64,000 bases of DNA from Planctomycetota bacterium (GTDB taxonomy: Bacteria > Planctomycetota > B15-G4 > JADJEK01). The notes beneath the pieces were generated by a model. It worked only from the letters and a program-made list of their open reading frames with translations. It was not told the DNA's origin and ran no database searches. This document shows positions 39,135 to 48,272 of the stretch, one piece after another. Position numbers and translations under genes: made by a program. The first letter of the stretch is position 1; every line of letters starts with the position of its first letter. The stretch lies in assembly GCA_044225365.1 (NCBI GenBank), contig JBGAIQ010000007.1, forward strand, positions 32,001-96,000, written 5' to 3'.

Positions 39135-40475
39135 ATGCGTATTGCCCCCGCCTTCCTGGCTTGCCTGACGCTCGCGCTCCCGCTGTCGATTGCGTCCGGG
39201 CAGGATTCCGAACCCAAGCTCCTGTTGAAGCCGAGTGATCGCGACGCGGTCGCCGCACTGTTCGCGGACTACTTCAAACAGAAGTCGGAGGGCAGGGATC
39301 TGAAGAAGATCGCTTCGTCCCTCGACAAGCTGGAAGCCGATCTCGAGAAGCGCGCGAAGTCGCTGAAGATCGTGACACTGCTGGACAGCACGGCCGACAT
39401 GCGCTCGGCGATGAACTCGCCGTACCGGCCCGACAAGAACGTGAAGAAGGGATTCTTCACGGAGAGCTCGATCAACGAGATGCTGCCCAGCGGGAAGACC
39501 GAGGTGAAGTACCTCTACCGTCTCCCGAACAAGTACTCGGACAAGCTGCTCTATCCCGCAATCATCGCGCTTCCACCGAAGATCGAGAAGGTGGATGCGG
39601 TCAAGAAGTGGGCGGATGCGGCGTTTCCCGAAGCGATCAGTGAATCGACGGTGATCATCGTCCCGTTGAACCTGAAGAGCGTCGCGTGGTCATCGCTCGA
39701 CGGCCGCATCACGGCGTTCTTCCCGCTGCGCGAAGCGATCGCGGCCTATGCCGTCGACCGCGGACGTGTCTTCCTCGATGGCAGCATGGATGCCGCGCCG
39801 ATCGTTCCGCTCTACCTCACGGAACATCCCGGCATCTTCGCGGGCGGTATCCTGCGTGAACCCGATGCGGCCCCGGCCACGACGCTCCTGTCCAATGCGC
39901 GAAGCGAACCCATGCTCCTCGTCCACGCCGCCGGCGGCGAAGCAGCCAACGTCCTGAAGCAGTTCGAGCAGGATTGCACCGCGGCCGGCGTGAAGACGAC
40001 GTCCGTCGAGAGTCCGGTCGAGGCATCCGGCAAGGCCGGCGATGCTGGCGCGGCCGCGATCGCAAAATTCGTCGCGGAGACGAAGAAGGTCTACACGCCT
40101 CGCGACATCAAGTTCACCACCGTGTCGTCGCAATCGGTGAACTGCTACTGGCTCGAACTCCTCAAGTTCGAGGCCTCGGAGAGCAAGCCCGTCACGGTCG
40201 AAGCGTCCGTCGACCGGACGACCAACGAGATCCGGATCACCGCGCCGCCGCAGGTGACGGAGGTCGCGATCTACCTCAATCAGGATCTCGTCGACATGGG
40301 CAAGGAGATCAAGGTCCTCGTCACCGACAAGTCGGGCGAGACTCCGAAATCCGTGACCCGCTACAACGGCCGGAAGGGTCCCGTCCTCGACTCGGCGCTC
40401 GCGTTCTGGTTCAGCAATCGAACGGGCAACTACGGCGAGGTCTACACGAATTCGATCAACGTCACGTTGAAGTGA
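39135..40475 (+). CDS. Exported protein with degenerate alpha/beta-hydrolase-like domain
   Basis: Signal peptide; YRLPNKY..YPAIIAL and VDRGRVFLDG hydrolase scaffold motifs, but no GxSxG. Confidence 0.6.
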   Translation: MRIAPAFLACLTLALPLSIASGQDSEPKLLLKPSDRDAVAALFADYFKQKSEGRDLKKIASSLDKLEADLEKRAKSLKIVTLLDSTADMRSAMNSPYRPDKNVKKGFFTESSINEMLPSGKTEVKYLYRLPNKYSDKLLYPAIIALPPKIEKVDAVKKWADAAFPEAISESTVIIVPLNLKSVAWSSLDGRITAFFPLREAIAAYAVDRGRVFLDGSMDAAPIVPLYLTEHPGIFAGGILREPDAAPATTLLSNARSEPMLLVHAAGGEAANVLKQFEQDCTAAGVKTTSVESPVEASGKAGDAGAAAIAKFVAETKKVYTPRDIKFTTVSSQSVNCYWLELLKFEASESKPVTVEASVDRTTNEIRITAPPQVTEVAIYLNQDLVDMGKEIKVLVTDKSGETPKSVTRYNGRKGPVLDSALAFWFSNRTGNYGEVYTNSINVTLK

Positions 40476-42109
40476 CCCCGATCGCACCACCCGGCTCCCA
40501 CTTGGATCCCGTCGCGGACGACCTTCCCGGCCCGCTGGCGTGCGCTGTGGTTGCGTTCTGCGCAGGCGCTGGAGTTCTTGCACTCGAGGTCACGGGGGCC
40601 CGCGTCCTCACTCCGTGGTTCGGTTCGTCGATCGTTGTTTGGAGCAACGTCATCGGCGTGACGCTCTTCGCGATCGCGCTCGGCAACTTCTTCGGCGGAC
40701 GGATCGCCGATCGCCTTCCCCACCGATCGATCCTCGCGGGCGTGCTCGTCGGCGCAGGGGTCCTCGCTGCGATGTTTCCTTGGCTCGTCCCGATCCTGGC
40801 GCGAAGGTACCTGCCCGACGATCTCCCGCTCGACATCGCTTTCGCGATGCTCGGCAAGGCGTCGCTCGTCGTCGCGCTCTCGGCGCTGGCTCCGCCGCTC
40901 GTCCTCATCGGCGCGGTCTCTCCGTTCCTCGTGCGGAGTCTCGCCGCGGCCCGTGGCGTCGGTGGGGCGGCCGGGTGGGTGTCGGGCCTCGGTACGCTCG
41001 GAAGCCTGCTCGGAACCTGGGCGCCCGTCTATTGGCTGATCCCGTCGGTCGGTTCGAAGATCACATGTCTGCTCGCGGGAGCATTGCTCACGATCGCCGG
41101 CGCGATCGCCGCGTGGCGCGGACGGCGAACGACCTGGCTCGCGATCCTGATCGTCGCCCTTGGCACCTCACTCGTCGCCCTGCGTGCCGATCGATCGCCC
41201 AATCGCGGCGCGGTCGACGGCTCGATCCTGGCCGAGATCGAATCGCGTTACCAGTACGCTCGCGTCGAGCAGAACGCGTCGCGCACCGCGCTGAAGTTGA
41301 ACGAGGGACTCGACTCGTTCCACTCCCTCACGATCGACGGCGAGTTGCTCACGGGCGCTTACTACGACCCGTACTTGCTGCTCCCGCCGCTCGTGGCGAA
41401 GCGAGGCGAGACCTTCGATGTCGCGATCCTCGGTTTCGCGGCCGGGACGTCCGGACGCCAGTTCTTGACGGCCTATTCGGACCGGAAGGATCTGAGGATC
41501 GTGGGGGTCGAGCTCGATCCTGCGGTCGCAGCGTTGGGCACCAAATACTTTTCACTGCCAAATGACGAGCGGCTTTCGATCGTGGTCGATCAGGATGCCC
41601 GCGTGTTCCTGGACCACGATGCGAGGAAGTACGAAGCGATCCTGGTCGATACCTACGCGCATCAGGTGTACGTCCCATTCCAAACCTGTTCGAAGGAGTT
41701 CTTCGCGGCTGCACGAGAACGACTCGAGCCGGGGGGGATCCTCGCGGCGAACATCGGCGGCATCGATTTCGACGACGTGCCCCTGTCGGCGATTCGCAAC
41801 ACGGCGGCCGCCGTCTTCGACCGGGTCGCACTCGAACGCGTCTCCGGTTCGCGGAACTTCATCCTGCTCGCGGCGAGGGACGCTTCTCCGCCGTCCCTGG
41901 CCAGCGCGCTCGATCGAGTCCCGAGCGCCCTCGCGGGGGTGGTCGAGCGGTGCCAGGGCTTCGGGCAACGTCGGGAATTCGCCTTCGATCCGAGTCTCGT
42001 CGTGCTGACGGACGATCGCTCCGCGATCGAGCGGCTCGCCGATTCGGATTTGCTCGCTCGGGCCCGACGTGAACTCGCTGCCGCGCTGCGGGCGGGGGAG
42101 GAGCGGTGA
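40472..42109 (+). CDS. Fused MFS/spermidine synthase-like protein
   Basis: LEVTGARVLTPWFGSS..WSNVIGV TM block; ILGFAAG, VELDP, QDAR, ILVDTY, LTDD; GTGA overlap. Confidence 0.88.
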   Translation: MTPIAPPGSHLDPVADDLPGPLACAVVAFCAGAGVLALEVTGARVLTPWFGSSIVVWSNVIGVTLFAIALGNFFGGRIADRLPHRSILAGVLVGAGVLAAMFPWLVPILARRYLPDDLPLDIAFAMLGKASLVVALSALAPPLVLIGAVSPFLVRSLAAARGVGGAAGWVSGLGTLGSLLGTWAPVYWLIPSVGSKITCLLAGALLTIAGAIAAWRGRRTTWLAILIVALGTSLVALRADRSPNRGAVDGSILAEIESRYQYARVEQNASRTALKLNEGLDSFHSLTIDGELLTGAYYDPYLLLPPLVAKRGETFDVAILGFAAGTSGRQFLTAYSDRKDLRIVGVELDPAVAALGTKYFSLPNDERLSIVVDQDARVFLDHDARKYEAILVDTYAHQVYVPFQTCSKEFFAAARERLEPGGILAANIGGIDFDDVPLSAIRNTAAAVFDRVALERVSGSRNFILLAARDASPPSLASALDRVPSALAGVVERCQGFGQRREFAFDPSLVVLTDDRSAIERLADSDLLARARRELAAALRAGEER

Positions 42110-42591
42110 TGTCCGCGCTCGCGCTCACCATGGCCCTTGCGGTCCAGTCTCCGATCGTCGATCCCGACCGCGAAGCGCTTTCGCGGTGGACTGCGCAACT
42201 CGAATCGTCGCCGAACGACGTCGCACTCCTCGATCGCATCGCGTTCCTCCAGTTCCAGCTCGGCGATACCCGAGCGGCGATCGTATCCCTCGAACGCGCG
42301 GATGCGGCGGATCGCTCGCAGCCGAAGACCTCGTACACCGCCTACCTCCGCGGCGTGATCGCCGACACGCAGTACGACTTCGGGCTTGCGCGGCGGGAAT
42401 ACCAACAGGCGCTCGCTCGGGACCCCACGAACACTTCGGCCGCCGCGGATCTGGCGGCGCTGGAGAAACGGATCGCGGATGTCACTCGCTTCGCACGGAT
42501 CGAGAAGGCACTCGACCGGGATCTCGCCCTCGTGATCGTCTTCGTCCTCTCCGCGGCGCTCATGGGGACGGCTCTACTGAAGCGCGCCTGA
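42106..42591 (+). CDS. Small TPR protein with signal peptide and C-terminal TM anchor
   Basis: ARREYQQALARDPTN TPR pattern; hydrophobic C-terminus; overlap with upstream stop. Confidence 0.65.
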   Translation: MMSALALTMALAVQSPIVDPDREALSRWTAQLESSPNDVALLDRIAFLQFQLGDTRAAIVSLERADAADRSQPKTSYTAYLRGVIADTQYDFGLARREYQQALARDPTNTSAAADLAALEKRIADVTRFARIEKALDRDLALVIVFVLSAALMGTALLKRA

Positions 42592-42637
42592 GCTAGGCAT
42601 CGCGTGTCGCGCGTCACGTTGGATCGTGTGCAACGAA

Positions 42638-42671
42638 GAAGCGGGCCCCGGACAAGTCCGGAGCCCGCTTC
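42638..42671 (-). terminator. Intrinsic terminator between convergent genes
   Basis: GAAGCGGGC-T-CCGGAC-TT-GTCCGG-G-GCCCGCTTC then TTCGTT on the minus strand; the G.U pair favours minus. Confidence 0.7.
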
Positions 42672-42698
42672 CCGCTTCGAGAGTCTAGGACGCTCGGC

Positions 42699-44690
42699 TC
42701 AGAGGATGTCGAGGACTTCCTTGAGCGACGAGATCTGCGTCCGGTAGTTGATGCCCATCGAGATCTGGGCATTCCACGGCAGGTCCGACTTCTCGGCGAG
42801 AAGGCCGAGAGCGACGCAACCGAAACCGCGGGCGAGGCCGGTCGCACGCTTGTCGCTGACGAGCGAGATCAGCGGCGCAACAGCCTTGCTGTCGCCGATG
42901 AGACCGATCGCACGGGCGAGCGACGAGATGACGTTCAGGGTCTTGGCGTTCTGGAACTGCTGGACGAGGAGGTCGGTCGCACCGACGTCGCCGAGCAGAC
43001 CGAGCGAGGTCGCGACCTGGAGACGGAACTTCGGATCGGCGTCGTCGGCGACGTACTTCCGGATCGTCTCCTTCGCATCGTTCGCCTTGAGGAGCCCGAG
43101 CGCGATGGCGCAGAAGCCCTTCAGTCCGCGTTCCTTCGTGTCGTCCATCAGCGCCAGGATCTTCTGCTTCGAGATCTGGCTGTTGCAGATGCCGAGGGCG
43201 ATCGCATAGGCCGGCTGATAGCTCGGGTTCTTCTCTTCCTCGAACTTCTCGTCGAGCTTCGTCTGGATCTCGACACGCTCACGCGAGTCGGGACCGTAGT
43301 TGCGCGCGATGATGGCGAGCGCGATACCGGCCCACGGCTCGTGCGCCTTCTGCTTCGCCTTCGAGAGTTCGTTGAAGAGCGACTTCGTGATGCCGGCCGC
43401 GAACGCCTTGTTCGCTTCCTGGTCGGCCTTCTCGTCCTTGAGCGCACGCTCCGCGATGTCGGCGAGTGCCATGATCGAGAAGTGACGGGCCTGGTCGTTC
43501 TGGCCGTCCTTGATCTTCTCGAGGAGGGCGTCGACGACTTCCTTGTCCTTCGGCTGGGCAAGGCTGCCGAGCGCGATGATCGAGGACTCCTCGATGCGCG
43601 CGTTCGTCTTGCGACCTGTCGCGAGCTTGAGCAACGTCGGGAGCGACGACTCCGCGCTGAGGCGAGCGAGGGACACGGGGATCTGCCCCGCGGTGTCCTC
43701 GTCCATCTTCTCGTCCTTGAGCTGATCCATGAGGAAGCTGACGATTTCTTCCTTCCCGTCATGGAAGAGTCCGAGGGCAACGATCGCCATGCCGCGGATG
43801 GTCTTCTTCTCGACGCCGTTCTTCGTCACCGCGTCCTTGAGGACCGGGATCGTGTCCGGCGAACCGATGTAGCCGAGCGCGAGCGCGGCGAACGCGCGAT
43901 GCAGGTCCTGAACGCTGCCGTTGACCTTGAGCGCGGACCGACCGTTCGGCGTGTCGTTGAGGATGTCGATGAGGACCGGGACGGCGTCCTTGCTGCCGAG
44001 AACGCCGAGCGCGAGGATCGTCGACTGCTGCACCGAGTTGTACTTGCTCGTGAGGGCCGTCTTGAGCTCGTTGATGCAGCTCGCCGCCGCGTCCTTCTGG
44101 ACGATACGGCCGAGCGAGAGCACCGCGGAGTCGACGATGTCCATGTCGTCCTCGGTGAGGACCGACTTCAGGAGCGGGACGATCTTGGTGTTGACCTCGT
44201 CGGCCGTGGGGCGCGTCGAATTGCTCGCCGCGACCTTGGAGCCTTGTCCGATGAGGAAGCCGCTCGTACCCGTTGCCGTGTTGCCCGCTTCGGCGAGGCG
44301 CTCACGGACGTTCACGAACCGGTCCTTGTTGTATTCCCACCAGAATTGCCAGGACTCGAAGCCTTCGCCGCGCTGGCTCTTCTTGCCGAGGCCGCCGCCG
44401 CCGCCGGTGGAGGGTCCACCCTTGCCGCCGCCGGGGCCGGGGCCGCCGCCGGGGCCGCCCGGTCCGCCGCCCGGAGTCTGGGGTCCGCCGCCGCCCGTCG
44501 TCGGACCGCCGCTGCCGCCCCCACCCGTGGTCGGTCCGCCGCCGCCGCCGGTCGACGGTCCACCGGGGTCGGGCGGTCCCTGAACGTCACCGGGGCCGCG
44601 GTAGGTTCCGCCGTGGCCGAGCGCGTCGCTCGACACGACGCAGAACACGGCGCCGGCGACGAACGAAGCAAGTAACATCTTTCGCAACAT
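42699..44690 (-). CDS. Exported HEAT-repeat protein with Gly/Pro-rich N-terminal linker
   Basis: Signal peptide, HGGTYRGPGD, repeated P(T/S)TGGGG units, WQFWWEYN, then many ALALG/ALG HEAT repeats; GAGGAG RBS. Confidence 0.88.
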   Translation of the reverse strand: MLRKMLLASFVAGAVFCVVSSDALGHGGTYRGPGDVQGPPDPGGPSTGGGGGPTTGGGGSGGPTTGGGGPQTPGGGPGGPGGGPGPGGGKGGPSTGGGGGLGKKSQRGEGFESWQFWWEYNKDRFVNVRERLAEAGNTATGTSGFLIGQGSKVAASNSTRPTADEVNTKIVPLLKSVLTEDDMDIVDSAVLSLGRIVQKDAAASCINELKTALTSKYNSVQQSTILALGVLGSKDAVPVLIDILNDTPNGRSALKVNGSVQDLHRAFAALALGYIGSPDTIPVLKDAVTKNGVEKKTIRGMAIVALGLFHDGKEEIVSFLMDQLKDEKMDEDTAGQIPVSLARLSAESSLPTLLKLATGRKTNARIEESSIIALGSLAQPKDKEVVDALLEKIKDGQNDQARHFSIMALADIAERALKDEKADQEANKAFAAGITKSLFNELSKAKQKAHEPWAGIALAIIARNYGPDSRERVEIQTKLDEKFEEEKNPSYQPAYAIALGICNSQISKQKILALMDDTKERGLKGFCAIALGLLKANDAKETIRKYVADDADPKFRLQVATSLGLLGDVGATDLLVQQFQNAKTLNVISSLARAIGLIGDSKAVAPLISLVSDKRATGLARGFGCVALGLLAEKSDLPWNAQISMGINYRTQISSLKEVLDIL

Positions 44691-44813
44691 TGCGAATGCT
44701 CCTCAGCCCTCTGGGCTGTTGGTCGCTGCTGAAAACGGATCGAACTCTAGGAAGCGGGACCCGGTAAGGGAACTGGCCGTCGGGCCGATCCACCACACCG
44801 ATCAAGGACGAGG

Positions 44814-44828
44814 GCAAGTTCCGTGCCG
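44814..44828 (-). promoter_or_regulatory. sigma54 (-24/-12) promoter
   Basis: CGGCACGGAACTTGC matches YGGCACG-N4-TTGC exactly, about 125 bp upstream of the HEAT gene. Confidence 0.8.
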
Positions 44829-45051
44829 ACGCGGGAGTCGCCCTCGATGTCCGACTGAAAGGCAACGGTTCGCGCGCCGACGCTCCGGCCATTGCCAACG
44901 TCGGGAACCGATCGCGAGGGCGAGCTTCCAGAATCGCACGGATCGCCATTTGGAATCCGCTGGCCCGTTCCTTCGGATGTCCGGGTCCGAGGTGGCCGAA
45001 CACCCGAGATCGAGCTTCGGAGGAATCACGCTGGCCTCGGCGCCACGAATT

Positions 45052-45066
45052 CGTAACGGCGTTACG
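45052..45066. promoter_or_regulatory. Perfect inverted repeat, candidate operator/UAS
   Basis: CGTAACG-G-CGTTACG in the divergent intergenic region. Confidence 0.4.
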
Positions 45067-45269
45067 GCGGTGTGACCGCTGCCCTCGATCGCCGGGTGAC
45101 GGGGGATGGAGGTTTTTCGACGAGAAATGCGCGGGGTGGTGATCTCTCGCGCCGGCCTGCGGGATTAATCCAACGGAGCGCGCAACCTTGGGATCGACTC
45201 CACGGCCGTCGGCATCCGCCCACAGCCCTCATCGCCCAGAACACCACCCGCATGGCAGAAGGAGCACCG

Positions 45270-46376
45270 ATGGCGAATGGAATGACCCGCAGTCCCGCCT
45301 TGACCGAGACGAATACCGGACCGCATGCGACGACGCCCAATCGACCTAAGGTGGGTGGCCCCGCGGCCGAACGCCTCCTCCGGGAATTGAAGGAACGCGA
45401 CCCGATTCGTAACGGCATCCTCGGCGACTCACCGGCGGTGCGCGTGCTCTTCGACCAAGTTCTGCGTTTATCGCGTTGCCAGGTGCCGGTTCTCGTCGTC
45501 GGCGAGATCGGCGCCGGGAAGGAAGCGGTGGCGCGCGCGATCCACCAGAATTCCGACCGCTCGGTGGGGCGGTTCGTAGCCGAGGCTGCGGCGAACCTCC
45601 GTGATCCGGTCCTCTTGAGCCGGGTGTTCGGTCACCAGCGAGGGGCCTTCACGGGAGCAACGACCGCAGTCTCGGGAATCCTCGACGAAGCCGATGGCGG
45701 GACGCTCTTCCTCGACGAGGTGGCCGACCTCTCTCCCGCAGCTCAGGCCTGCCTCGTCCGTTGCCTCGAGACCGGCGAATATCGGCCCTTGGGTTCGGCT
45801 CAGGTCAGGCACAGCGACTTTCGGTTGATCGCTTCGACGAGTGCGGACCTGCGAGCTTTGGTCGGAACCGGCAACTTTCGCAGCGATCTCTACTTCCGAC
45901 TGCGCGGAGCGGTCTTGCGGGTACCGGCGCTGAGGGAACGGTTCGCCGACATCCTGCCACTCGCCGAGCAGTTCCTGGGCGAGCGCGCGCAGCGCGAACG
46001 GCGCGCTCCGAACTTGCTCGCCGATTGCGCTCGCGAGGCGCTCGTGCGCTATGGGTGGCCCGGAAACGTGCGTGAACTGCGCCAGGAACTGGCCCATGCG
46101 ATGATCCAGGCCGATGGGGGCGAGATCACCGTGGCGATGCTGCAGTTTCTGCGGGACCCGGCGCCATTGCCACTCCCACCCGAAATTCGGCCGCAATCGC
46201 GTTCTCTCCGGAGCGAACTCGGAGCTTTCGAGGAATCGACGATCCGCGAGGCGGTCCGGATGGCAGGAGGCAACAAAGCCGAAGCCGCACGGCGCTTGGG
46301 GATCACGCGCCGCACGCTGTACCGACGACTCCGCCAACTCGAAGGAACTTCGGTTCCGATCTCGGGACTCTCTTAG
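45270..46376 (+). CDS. sigma54-dependent enhancer-binding protein lacking a regulatory domain
   Basis: GEIGAGKE, FGHQRGAFTGA, TLFLDEV, FRSDLYFRL, WPGNVREL, Fis HTH GGNKAEAARRLGITRRTLYRRL. Start uncertain (45252 or 45270). Confidence 0.9.
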   Translation: MANGMTRSPALTETNTGPHATTPNRPKVGGPAAERLLRELKERDPIRNGILGDSPAVRVLFDQVLRLSRCQVPVLVVGEIGAGKEAVARAIHQNSDRSVGRFVAEAAANLRDPVLLSRVFGHQRGAFTGATTAVSGILDEADGGTLFLDEVADLSPAAQACLVRCLETGEYRPLGSAQVRHSDFRLIASTSADLRALVGTGNFRSDLYFRLRGAVLRVPALRERFADILPLAEQFLGERAQRERRAPNLLADCAREALVRYGWPGNVRELRQELAHAMIQADGGEITVAMLQFLRDPAPLPLPPEIRPQSRSLRSELGAFEESTIREAVRMAGGNKAEAARRLGITRRTLYRRLRQLEGTSVPISGLS

Positions 46377-46474
46377 TCCGCTGACGGACTCGGCCGATTT
46401 CTTCGACGAGCTATCCAGAACCGTTTCGCCAGGTCGATCGCCCACCGCATCGATCGACTGGGCAGCATCGCTCG

Positions 46475-46672
46475 TCAGATGCGGATCGCCGCGATCTGAT
46501 CGAGTCTGAAATCGACAGAGATCTCTTTGTCGATGTTGATGACCTTGCCACAGCCTTTCGACTCGTTGAAGAGGATCGCGCCCTCCACGACCTTGCCGTC
46601 GCGGAACTCGACGTTGACCTTCTCTTCTCGGATCGCCTTGCGCAATTCGGCGATGATCGCTTGTCGCGTCAT
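46475..46672 (-). CDS. Small (about 65 aa) protein, Sm/SH3-like strand pattern
   Basis: GAGGTG RBS 6 nt before ATG 46672; helix then KVNVEFRDGKVVEGAI...DFRLDQIAAIRI. Confidence 0.7.
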   Translation of the reverse strand: MTRQAIIAELRKAIREEKVNVEFRDGKVVEGAILFNESKGCGKVINIDKEISVDFRLDQIAAIRI

Positions 46673-46982
46673 TTCCATCACCTCGCTTCGCGCCACAACA
46701 GGTCGCGCTACGAATTCCAAGACTAACAACCCGTCGTGGCGGATCAACCCCTGACTGCGAATACCGTGCAAGTTCGCTTTGGCACCGAGCCATTTGGGCA
46801 TTTGCTCGTTCCGCGGCCGCCGTGCCGAACTAGAATCTCGCGCCTCTTGGCGCGCGAGCCGTCGTGGTGACGTACGTCAGGGGGCAAGACCTGGGCCTGT
46901 GCGGTCTTTGCGGCAAGCGTTTACGCGCGGTCTCGAGAATCGACCAGCCTAGCATGGACCCTTTGTTCACGAAAGACTCTCG

Positions 46983-48188
46983 ATGACGGAGCGGACCGGC
47001 GTATTCGTGATCGGAGCCCTCGGCGGAGTCGCGACGACTCTCGCGCTGGGTGCTCGCGCCATCGCCCGCGGACGGGCGGCGCCGACCGGACTCACCACGG
47101 CGTCGAGTTCCTTCGCGCCGCTCGGTCTCGTTGCGCTCGAGGATCTCGTCTTCGGGGGTTGTGACGTCCGAACGGGAACTCTCGAAGAGAGCGCGCTCGA
47201 CATCGCCCGCGCCAATCGTTCCCTCGATCCCGAGCTCATCCGCAGCCTGCGCGCCGACCTCGCCGCCATCGATGCCGAACGGGTTCCGGGCATCCTCGTG
47301 AACGCCGGCGCCGCGATCGAGAAGCTCGCGAGTGGTGGGGTGTACTCTCTCCCACTGCGCTCCGCGATCGACCGAATCCGGAGCGAGCTCGCTGCGTTCG
47401 GTGAACGGAATGACCTCGCGCGCATCGTCGTCGTCAACCTTGCATCCACGGAACCGCCCCTCCCGAGCAATGCACAACACGCAACGCTCGAAGAGTTCGA
47501 ACGCCTCGTCGACGCCGATCGCAAGGATTCGGTGCGTTCGAGTTCGCTCTACAGCTACGCGGCGATGCGCGAAGGCTGCGGCTACGTGAACTTCACGCCG
47601 AGCAACGCCGCACTCTTACCGGCGCTCGTCGAGCTCGCCACGCATCAGAGGGTCCCGTTCTGCGGGAGCGATGGAAAGACCGGCGAGACGTTGGTGAAGG
47701 CGGCGCTTGCGCCGATGTTCCGGGATCGCAGTCTGCGGGTGCTTTCCTGGCAGGGTTACAACATCCTGGGTGATCGGGACGGCGAGGTCTTGTCCGAGGC
47801 GGGCAATCTCGAATCGAAAGTGCGATCGAAGGATCGTGCACTGCAGAACATCCTCGGTTATCCGTTGCACACGCACGTCGGAATCGATTTCGTTCCGTCG
47901 CTGCACGATCTGAAGACGGCCTGGGACTTCATTCACTTCGAAGGGTTCCTCGGTCATCGCATGGCGATGCAGTTCATCTGGCAAGGTTGCGACGCGATCC
48001 TGGCCGCGCCGCTGGTTCTCGATCTCATTCGGCTCGTCGACTTCGCGTTGCGACGCGGCGAGCATGGGGCGCTCGTGCATCTCGCGAGTTTCTTCAAGAG
48101 TCCGTTCGGCTGCGAGGAGCACGATTTCCATGCGCAGATTCGTCGACTCGACGAATACGTCGAATCGCACGCGGCGACCCGAGGCTGA
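46983..48188 (+). CDS. ino1: myo-inositol-1-phosphate synthase
   Basis: GALGGVATT, VNLASTEP, YVNFTPS, GSDGKTGET, GDRDG, KTAWD, WQGCDAILAAPL. Confidence 0.92.
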   Translation: MTERTGVFVIGALGGVATTLALGARAIARGRAAPTGLTTASSSFAPLGLVALEDLVFGGCDVRTGTLEESALDIARANRSLDPELIRSLRADLAAIDAERVPGILVNAGAAIEKLASGGVYSLPLRSAIDRIRSELAAFGERNDLARIVVVNLASTEPPLPSNAQHATLEEFERLVDADRKDSVRSSSLYSYAAMREGCGYVNFTPSNAALLPALVELATHQRVPFCGSDGKTGETLVKAALAPMFRDRSLRVLSWQGYNILGDRDGEVLSEAGNLESKVRSKDRALQNILGYPLHTHVGIDFVPSLHDLKTAWDFIHFEGFLGHRMAMQFIWQGCDAILAAPLVLDLIRLVDFALRRGEHGALVHLASFFKSPFGCEEHDFHAQIRRLDEYVESHAATRG

Positions 48189-48244
48189 GCCGGTCCGAGT
48201 CCCGAGCCGGCGAACGAGTTCCTCCGGGTGGCGGAACCGCCCCA

Positions 48245-48272
48245 ACACAACAGAACACAGATTATCGGACGT
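48245..48272 (-). other. Candidate dif (XerC/XerD) recombination site
   Basis: Minus strand ACGTCCGATAA-TCTGTG-TTCTGTTGTGT: 11-6-11 layout, ATAA inner XerC end, 7/11 match to the E. coli XerD arm TTATGTTAAAT; AT-rich island in intergenic DNA. Confidence 0.5.

Noticed and set aside
44400-44580. CCG-rich tandem-like DNA
   Set aside because: Fully explained by the Gly/Pro codons of the HEAT protein linker.
48250-48268. ACAGAACACAGATTATCGG resembles the RNase P RNA 3' end (ACAGAACCCGGCTTATCGG)
   Set aside because: No GAGGAAAGTCC 5' partner upstream (ino1 coding sequence lies there) and the P4 bases are mismatched; dif explains it better.
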